In this document: piece by piece, positions 54,766 to 64,000 of the stretch | Numbering within the stretch: position 1 is the stretch's first letter | How the letters are laid out: each line of letters starts with the position of its first letter | From: Eledone cirrhosa | Taxonomy: Eukaryota | DNA: 64,000 nt | Reading direction: 5' to 3' | Assembly (NCBI GenBank): GCA_964016885.1 | Contig: OZ024742.1 | Span: 54,002,001-54,066,000 of the forward strand | Position numbers and translations under genes: made by a program | The notes under the pieces: generated by a model | What the model was told of the DNA's origin: nothing | The model's database searches: none | The model's input: only the letters and a program-made list of their open reading frames with translations

Positions 54766-56749
54766 CTATTATTATAATGAAAAATATTTTTGGTCCCCAT
54801 TCATAAAGATGTATCGATTTACCAAGGACACATTATTGTACATATTTTTGGTATAAATATTTTAAGAAATAAGATAATCCTTATTGGTATAATTACAACT
54901 GAACGTTGGCTTCACAATCTTAATTATTCATGGATCGCTTTTACAGAAAAACCGTACTGTTAGTGATCAATAACTAGTAGACTTGCATTCCATTAACTAA
55001 AAATTCTAAAGGTCAAATCATTTCATAAGCGACTGTTATATACTTTCTTACTATTCTAGTCGCATAATTTCGTATGTTATGAATATTTAAAGACGTGTGT
55101 TCATTCATTTCAGTCTTGGTATATTTTCTCTAAACATTCAATTGAAGGGTAAACCACTTGACATCAAAGATGAGAATACAGACATTTTCGCACAATCTTC
55201 GTGTTTATATTTTACGCTGGACATACCACAGACGCAGTAATTACACGTCTACAAATCTAAAAAAGTGCATTATTTCATCTTCTCTCCTCCATTAATGTTT
55301 GCAAATCTACTTATGTTTCGCGTTTCAATAAATTTACTAGATTGTAATTGTTTAAGAGTAGATTTACCGAAAATATTTCTGATAGATTGTACGCTTTTCA
55401 CTAAATCCCGAAAATCAACGCAAAGAAAGAAAACATCTAAAATTTATTCTTTTTAGATGGATGATAATATTACAACCACTGGAATAAGAAAAAGTATATA
55501 TATAAATTTGTAATAAAAAGTGAATTGCATATTTCTAGTCTGTGGCATACGTGTCATGTTTTGACATAGTAAAGTCAAATACTACCTTGTAAAAGTAAAT
55601 AAATTGACGTGGAGAAGTAATGGAAATAAACAATACTATAAATATTGAAAGAATAAGTGAGGGGCCCACATACTTCATTGCAACAATGGATACTTTCTCA
55701 ATGCATTCTATGCTAGATGTTCTATTAGATAATAACTAGAATGTTTTTTCTTCCATACATTTTTTTTTTCCTGCGTTATATTTTCATGTTGTCAAACGGT
55801 AATTTCTGGTTTGTTTCCAATCTCTTGTATTGCAGAACGACGCCATTATCGTATTGTATGTATTTCATTTTTCTAATTTTACATTTTTCGTACATGTCTC
55901 ACAAAAAATATATCACAATTGAAAAACGTTACTGAAATATTCATTGAAAAACTGACCTAAATAATAAACAAGAAACAAAAAATTCCATATATATATTAAC
56001 ATGTCAGTGGGAAATTATACAAATTATCTACGACAAAATATATTTGAAGCAATCATTAAATTAAATATAGAGTAAAATAAAATATCTCATTTCTGAATAA
56101 TACGTGTCAGTCAAATATATGTTGCACAATACACGGAAAGAAATTATATATTAAATATATATTTGATGTATGACAAATTTTATAGAAAAACATATACGAT
56201 TCGTTTCCGTTGTCTTTTAATATATGAACTCAATGAAATATTCTGGAATTTACATTTGAAATTTGCTATATTGCAATTGAAAACTCGTTATATTGAGTTT
56301 CAAGGATCTTAAGTAGTATGTTCATGCCACCAATGTCAAATACTCTGATTAATAAAAAGCTCGGTGGTTTTATAGGGAAAATTCAAAGACCGACCGACGG
56401 TTTGTTATATTCTTACTTATTATATTAGTACTGAGTTTGCTTTACTCGGTGGCACATATCGTAACCAATTTGGGTATGGAAGCACCTAAACTTTTCATAA
56501 CAAATTTGGGTAAGGTGTTTGTGGAAGACCACCAATCGTCCATGCATACCAGTCATCTTTCTCCATGCCACTGATCTTGTCCTAGGGAAAGGCAAAGACC
56601 TATGTATCTATGCGAGGGAGGAAAGCCCTGGACGAGTGCCTTCCATCCTCACATTGATACCATAAACTATTCAACAGGCACACGGTGAAGTTATCATTCT
56701 CTACCATGCCCAACCTTGCAGAGATCATTGCCTCTCTCAATGATGTCCA

Positions 56750-57060
56750 GAGGAATTTGTCTATGTGGGTTCCACAAGTACCGAGTTCAAATCAGGCTTC
56801 CACAACCAGATGTGCTCCTTTAGCAAGAGGTCCAACACTAGTCTAGCCGAGTGCATGTGGAGTCTCAAGGGCGAGAACCGGAACTTCAAATTGAGGTGGA
56901 AAATTCTCCATTTTGCGGGCCCTCGGAGGCTGGACTGCTAGGTTTGTAGGCTCTGTATCCGTGAGAGTGTGGGGACCCTCAAGCTACTTGGGTGGTCGAT
57001 GAAATCTAGGTCCGAAAATTTAAGTAATTGTATATATCGAAGGACCCATATGTTCGCCCA
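56750..57060 (+). pseudogene. Naiad-type GIY-YIG C-terminal fragment (GC-richer subfamily)
   Basis: FVYVGSTSTEFKSGFHNQMCSF..TSLAECMWSLK..LRWKIL..*VCRLCIRE..RSENLSNCIYR. Confidence 0.75.
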
Positions 57061-57194
57061 TATCGCAGGTGGGCGCACCGCGAGGGGCTGCTATCTTTTG
57101 TTTATAACACTTTATTCTTATAAAACTCGGGGTAAGTGCATCCGTTGAATTCTAGCCCCGTGTTTGGTCATTCGATATGTTTGTTTGTATTTTT

Positions 57195-58251
57195 GTACTC
57201 ACGCTCTATGCAAATTAGTAGTGGGCAGACTAATTTGCATAGAGCGTGAGTACGTACCGGTTCAACGGAGACGATAAAAACAAATAACGAAACGAAATTA
57301 AATTTCGTTTCGTTTGTAACTCACTTTTGTATGACTGACGCTTAAACAATTAAGTTAAAAATGTACATCCACATATGTATACTGAAATACTAGTATGCAT
57401 ATGAATACACACACGTATACATATGTAGATGTACCGAGTTTTTCACTGGTCACTTTACTGTGAGTGTCCAGCTATTCTGTATGTAAACACACAGACAAAC
57501 CGGTTTTTAGAGTCATACTGGTTTTTGAGGAAACACCTTTCCTCTATTCTGCAGAAAGCCAGACAAGGAACATTGAACTAGTTTCGATGTTGTTACATCT
57601 CATCAGCAATATTTACCTATCTTCCGGCCTCTCTAGAGAATCGTAAAAGCACATATCGTTATATGCTTTTTCTATGAAAATTAGTAGTGGGCAGACTAAT
57701 TTGCATAGAGCGTGAGTACGTACCGGTTCAACGGAGACGATAAAAACAAATAACGAAACGAAATTAAATTTCGTTTCGTTTGTAACTCACTTTTGTATGA
57801 CTGACGCTTAAACAATTAAGTTAAAAATGTACATCCACATATGTATACTGAAATACTAGTATGCATATGAATACACACACGTATACATATGTAGATGTAC
57901 CGAGTTTTTCACTGGTCACTTTACTGTGAGTGTCCAGCTATTCTGTATGTAAACACACAGACAAACCGGTTTTTAGAGTCATACTGGTTTTTGAGGAAAC
58001 ACCTTTCCTCTATTCTCTAGAAAGCCAGACAAGGAACTGGCTTTCTGGAGAATAGAGGAAAGGTGTTTCCTCAAAAACCAGTATGACTCTAAAAACCGGT
58101 TTGTCTGTGTGTTTACATACAGAATAGCTGGACACTCACAGTAAAGTGACCAGTGAAAAACTCGGTACATCTACATATGTATACGTGTGTGTATTCATAT
58201 GCATACTAGTATTTCAGTATACATATGTGGATGTACATTTTTAACTTAATT

Positions 58252-58256
<5 letters not shown>
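57195..58256 (-). repeat. Tandem repeat, 466-bp period (~1.8 units), with fold-backs at both ends (candidate retrozyme, family B)
   Basis: 57212-57677 repeats at 57678-58037; 57809-58028 is inverted as 58037-58256; 57195-57219 mirrors 57229-57253. Octamer at 57233 and 57699. Confidence 0.9.
57569..57613 (-). ncRNA. Minimal type I hammerhead, array B
   Basis: AATATTG-CTGATGA-GATGT-AACA-ACATC-GAAA-CTAG-TT-CAATGTT; predicted cut between 57576 and 57575. Confidence 0.87.
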
Positions 58257-58346
<90 letters not shown>

Positions 58347-58584
58347 GTGAATATATATATATATTGTGTGAAAACAAAATAAACATTTGAGATGACTTAC
58401 CAAAGTATTTTTCTTGACATGATCTTTGCAGGAGGTACGGTAACAGTCCAATTTGAGAGTTCATTGTACAGTATCCAAATGGAAGATGGCGGAGTTATTA
58501 TTAATTTAAAGGTATAGTACTAGAAAAAACAAGCGTCTAAGCATGAAGTAAGGGTTAGAGGAGAAATATTTAATTAGAGTCCGT

Positions 58585-58691
58585 TCTTTAACACATGTTT
58601 CAGTACAACATCAGTCTACGAGCGTTGATTGCATATTATTATTATGCTCAATCACTAGCATTATATAAAATACTGCACATCTTCAGAAAGA
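58585..58691 (-). ncRNA. Type I hammerhead with ~78-nt stem II
   Basis: TCTTT-CTGAAGA-T-GTGCAGTATT...GATGTTGTAC-T-GAAA-CATGTG-TT-AAAGA. Confidence 0.72.
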
Positions 58692-59017
58692 GTTCATAGT
58701 TCGAGGTGAGGTCGCTGCAACTTGCAGAAAGGATTGTCTTACCGCTATCTACTCGGACCTTGAGGCAAATGTTTTACACTAATAGAGATGAAGCAGAAAA
58801 TGTAGGCGTGGGAGAGACAAGATGAGTAAAATAAGCAAAAATAATAAAAAATGAGCGAGGGTAAATAAACCAAAATAATCACTTAAAGGGTGTACGTTTA
58901 CAGATACATAAATACACATGTACACTTAAATATATGTAGATATACACACACTCATATATATATATTTATATATATAGATATTTTGCATTTTTGCAATAGT
59001 ATAGACATCCTTTATTT

Positions 59018-59073
59018 ACTGCTATATATATTTCGATGATAGCCATTGAGTGGTTATGACCTCATCAGGCAGT
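59018..59073 (-). ncRNA. Minimal hammerhead inside fold-back 59007-59134
   Basis: ACTGC-CTGATGA-GGTCATAACCA-CTCAA-TGGCTATCATC-GAAA-TATATA-TA-GCAGT; the 3' half is duplicated in inverse orientation at 59086-59134. Confidence 0.75.
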
Positions 59074-60719
59074 TAGTCAGTTCTTAGCCACTCAATGGCT
59101 ATGATCGAAATATATATAGCAGTAAATAAAGGATTATGAGTTCATGCAATTGACTTATGTTTCGTCACGATTATAACTCCGGAACTTATATCTTCGTTGA
59201 GTGCTCCCTATCCGCATACTGAAGTACTGTATTTTACCAACACTTTCTTGCTTATATATATGTATATATATATATATACACATCGATACATATCTACACA
59301 CTCATACACACACATACATACACACATACACATATATATATATACATACACATACAGACATATACACCCAAAAATTGTGACCAGCAGAATCGATCTTTAA
59401 TGGCTAGTTCAATGAAAACCTATTTTTATATCCCCGACATGTGTCCTTATTGAAAATATACACTATCTAGTTCATTACTTAGAACAAAATACCATTTAGG
59501 AATATGGAGTGGATTACACAGCAAAACCATATAGTTTAGGAGGAAACAGGACGAAATATTTAATACGTTAAAGCATTTTAGTTGCTTTACTAAGAAGCGA
59601 ACAATGATTTTCAAACAAATATAAAAACAGGATTTTAACAGAACAAAACAAATAAAAAAAAGAAACAGAAAAAAAAACATTAAACCACTTATTTCTGCTC
59701 ACACGGATTTTTGTCTCACTGTTGCACAAAATATATGACAGTTGGAAATGAGGATATAACCGTGACCTCAACGAACAATATACGTGATATATGAAACAAG
59801 ATTTATTTATTAGATAAATTCACAGACCGAGTAAAACCTCTAACATTTTAATAATCCTAACTGAAATCAATGTCGACATTTATACTGATATATCTCCTGA
59901 TAGCTTTATGAGATTTTTGCCTGTGATGAAATAGAATTAATGAATTGTTAAGAGATAAACGGAATCATGCACAATGTAATTCTAACTCTTAAAATACGCT
60001 GTGAATATTAAATAAATATATACAGTTTATAAACACCTCTAACCTGTATGGTAAATGTATTTCCTCTTTATAAGCTACAGAATGACATGGCAAACTGCCC
60101 ACTCTTACATGTAGATTTAACTCGTATAGTAATCACAGGATTACAGTTGCATAAAAAAAAAATCATTAATGATACAATATGTCAAGAGTCGACATATCAC
60201 TGCTTGCCAAAATACTGAGCAAGCTCGTTAACCTTTCAGCCATGTATGTTACAGTAACAAAGAGATTATAGCTGTTTGACCTGAGTGTATATATGTTTGA
60301 AGTCATAAAGAAATCTGGATAATCAAATAGGAAATATTTAGTTTTACAAACCAATAAAGGCGTTTTGGATGAAGCCAGGCAGTTAATGTAAAGATTCTGC
60401 GTCAGTCCAGAAATTAGAGTTATTTTATTGATTCAATATGTGTTTGAATTCGAAAAAATAACTAGAGATTGGATAAGATGAAAGTATTTATTTTTTAAAC
60501 ATGTATTGTGTTTCGGTGACTGAGGCAATTGGAAGAACCTTGAGACATCTGTACTTAAATACTAGTTGGTACGCACAGTAAATAACGTTGGCAATCACAT
60601 ACACTTTAAATTTCAAAGTCCATTATCATAATGTATTAAAAACAAGTGATTGAACCATTGAAAAAAACCCCAAAATATCTCAGATTTGTATTTAACTAAA
60701 TGTAAAACTTCCTTTTATA

Positions 60720-62920
60720 GAATAGCTTCCAGTCATTAAAATCTATTAGACCGATATAATTGCACTACCAGTGATCATTCAACGCATATATGATCACCAC
60801 ACAAACCAAGCACTTCTTCTCCCATACAAGCTTGTATAATTACAGCTTTTAATGTGTTTATTATCGGGGCTATCTTTTTTACGAACTGCATTGTACAGTG
60901 TTTTGGCCACTACATCATGCCTCATAGGTAGATAGTACCGCGATGACATCTTTCGACAGCTGCTGATGACATGGGTGATATCCTCGATGTTAGTTCTGCA
61001 GAGTCTGCACTTGTTATCACATCTAGGTGTTTTGCCTGCATCCCTATCTCTTTTGTGAATCAGGTATTACATGCTAATCTCCTGTTCCTGGATTGCAAAA
61101 GCGTATCCTTCAAAGTGGGTGCCAATATAGCAGTTGTTGGTTCAAGATAGACTACTTTCCTTATCTATATTACTCTCACTCTGGAGCTTCCTGGCAACAT
61201 ATCCATGCATGATGTTTTGCTGATAGGCATGCAGTTTTTCATCCATGGATTCACTGCGATACTGCTGAGCGACATCCCTGAGTGTGAGATTTTGATTATC
61301 ACACAGGGAATATCTCTCGAGGAGTTCCTTCCCAACTCTCATGATCTTATCTGTTTCATGCCGATAGAAACGGTCTCCTACGCTTCGAGGTTCGTAGATG
61401 TTGTCGGAGAGATATGATTCGACATTAAAATGTTGTCTGGACTTATGTTAGGCATCTGCCTCCCTGCTTACGTTTCAAGTAAAGGCGGTCTATGTCACTG
61501 TTGATGTGGAAGTTTCCTGTGTTGTTCAGTATTTTTTGAGTTCCAACATCAACTGCTCGGATTTCGTCTATCGTCCAATTGAGTATTCCAAACGTTGGTG
61601 TTAGGACAGGCACAGCAAACACATTGTGAGCCACTGTTTTGTTTTGCGCAGAGAGTTCCGATGACCAGATCTTTCTTAATCGGGTGTAGTATTCCCTGGT
61701 TACGCGTTCTTTATTACAGATACCATTATAGGATATGTTCTCATCTATCCCCAGGTATCAGTAGCAGTCCTCATCAGATATCGGTGAAACAGTTAGGCCA
61801 TTGATGACAATGTTGCTAGATTGGGTTGTTGTTTTTCCCCGCTTTACAGTCATGTATGAGCATTTATCTTGGCCAAACTCCATTCCTATATCCTTTGAGA
61901 ACGTTGTAACCAGGTCAATATGTTTCTTCATCCCATCCATGTTCTTGGCATAGAGTTTCAGATCCACAAAGAAATTATGGGTTAGGTTCGTATTTCTGTC
62001 CTCCTGTGAGCCAATGATGTATCCCTCACATTTCTTGAACAGAAAGGACAAGGGGTTTAATGACGAGATGAATAATATCACAGAGGGACTGTCCCCCTGA
62101 AATATACCCCTGCAATATTTTATTTTATCAGTGAAAATAGAGTCCTCCCTCTCTGTCTTTAACCTTAGGATAGTAGCCCAAGAAGAAGACAGCCTCTCTA
62201 TGGCTCTGACAATAATGTCTGGGACTTTAGCAAGTTGGAGGGCCTCTATCATCCAAGAGTGGGGAACAGAATCGAAAGCTTTCCTGTAGTCCAGCCAGAC
62301 TGTAGTCATATTCCTCCTAAGTTGTCGCACCTCCGACATCGCAGTTTTGTTGATTAGGAGTTATTCAGCGCATCCCCAAACCCCTTTCTTTCCAGCTGCT
62401 TGTTCATCTGTGATGATGTTATTATTTTCACAGTGATCTTGGAGGAATAGGTTCAGGCAGGCTGTATACATCTTATACATCAGGTTCTGGCATGCAATGG
62501 GTCGGTAGTTTTTTCCAAGTCGGTGTTTTTGTTCTTGGGGACCAGTAATGTTTGTGCTAATGTCAACCATTCTGGTATAAGTGTATCTCCCTTAGGAACT
62601 TGTTCGTAGAGGTCAGTAAGATACCTCCGATAGAATATCAGTTGTTTGTACCAGTAGCCGACAATCATGTCTCTTCCTGGTGTTTTCTTATCTTGGAGTT
62701 TTCCTATCACAGTCTCAATGGTACCCTCACTTATTCCGTATGTTTTTGTTGTAGTGTAGGAGCAATAGTTCTTTCGAATTTCTCTTAGCCACACTGCATC
62801 TTGGTTGAAATTCTTTTTTTCACCCCATATTTTGCTCCAAAAGGAATCTATGTCTTTCTGGGATGGGGCCTCAGTGACACTTATTATTTTGCCCTTCATA
62901 TCTCTATAGACTGATGTTTG
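60720..62920 (-). pseudogene. R4/Dong-like LINE RT + CCHC region, decayed
   Basis: NYRPIACQNLMYK, WLDYRKAFDSVPHSW, RGIFQGDSPS, HNFFVDLKLYAK, DIDRLYLKRKQGGR, FEGYAFAIQEQEI, CRLCRTNIEDITHVISSC, MRHDVVAK. Confidence 0.88.
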
Positions 62921-63789
62921 GTTTCGTATGTATGTATGTATGTATGTATGTATGTATGTATGTATGTATGTATGTATGTATGTATGTATGTATGTACGTA
63001 TGTATGTATGTATGTATGCATGCATGTATTTATGTTTGTATGTGTTTGTGTGTGGTTGTGTGTGGTTGTGTGTATGTGTTATACCAAGTTCTGATTCTAT
63101 AACTTCTAGATTTATTCTTTATATTGATTTTTATACACGTTTGACAAACTTAACTTCATCTAATCATATATTCACATTAAACCTACAGAATAATATATCG
63201 GGTTATCACTTTATAGAACGTTTCAAGATTCAATACTGGAAGGACTTTTGTAAAACTCATAAATATGCAATACCTAACTGATCATAGATATTCTGAGAAT
63301 GTTTAATGTAAATATCTTAAAGGGAGCAATATTTAAATGAATATATTAAATGCTTACCCAAATAGTTTAACCTTTTCTAGTATGATCACTTAAACATTCT
63401 GACATTTTCCAAAAAAAATACTCTAGCATTCCTTTTAAAGTTGCGTGCACGGATGTAATGAATTAGAGTTTTCTAAAAAATTAGCTTGCAGCTAGCAGTG
63501 AAACAATCCCTATTGTAATGGCTACAGATGTTATTTAATATATATTCTCTTATTTTTATTGATTTCAATCATTACTCTGCGGCATCACAGATATTTCGTC
63601 ATGCTTTAGTTGATTATATCAACACCAGTAATTCTTTTTTCTTTAAATCGGTTACATTCTTCATCGATCTCCCTTTCGTGGAACTGCTAGGTCACTGGAG
63701 TTAAACACTGAAATAGACACGAACAAAAACACAGGTATGGAGTCACACACACAGACACGCATAAACATACATACACTCACACACACACA

Positions 63790-63869
63790 CATATATATAT
63801 ATATAAATGTGTGTGTGTATATATATATACATGTAGATGTGTGTGTGTATATATATATATATATATAAA

Positions 63870-63903
<34 letters not shown>

Positions 63904-64000
63904 AATGTGTGTGTGTATATATATATATATATAAATCTGTGTGTGTGTATATATATATAAACGTGTGTGTATATATATATATAAACGTGTGTGTATATAT
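63790..64000. repeat. Compound minisatellite (AT)nAAA(T/C)(GT)n
   Basis: About six variable units of ATATATAAATGTGTGTGT running to the window end. Confidence 0.8.

Noticed and set aside
54800-56450. AT-rich unique-looking stretch as a gene or regulatory region
   Set aside because: I found no supported ORF, repeat or structure by eye. Small exons cannot be excluded without transcript data.

Overview
AT-rich, microsatellite-saturated animal genomic DNA, most likely cephalopod/octopus judging by the SINE and LINE content (inference). I find no recognisable host gene; almost everything is transposon-derived. Contents: Penelope-like elements (PLEs; Naiad-type and Neptune-type RT/GIY-YIG), a decayed RepHel Helitron plus a non-autonomous Helitron, R4/Dong-like and RTE LINE relics, and tRNA-derived SINEs. 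The ORF track misses an RNA layer: about 30 hammerhead-ribozyme (HHR) motifs, intact or decayed, read by eye. The main result is two homologous but diverged non-coding tandem arrays (12617-14820, 4 x ~530-550 bp; 57195-58256, 466 bp period). Every complete unit carries a minimal type I HHR with compensatory base changes between the arrays, plus a hairpin containing an octamer (ATGCAAAT). This is a candidate retrozyme / circular-RNA satellite family. Also notable are an 11-kb fold-back Naiad insertion (36378-47510) with an open RT+GIY-YIG frame, PLE HHRs with very long stem II, and many fold-back palindromes inserted in (TA)n tracts. All structures were paired by hand and none was computed; coordinates of decayed elements are approximate.
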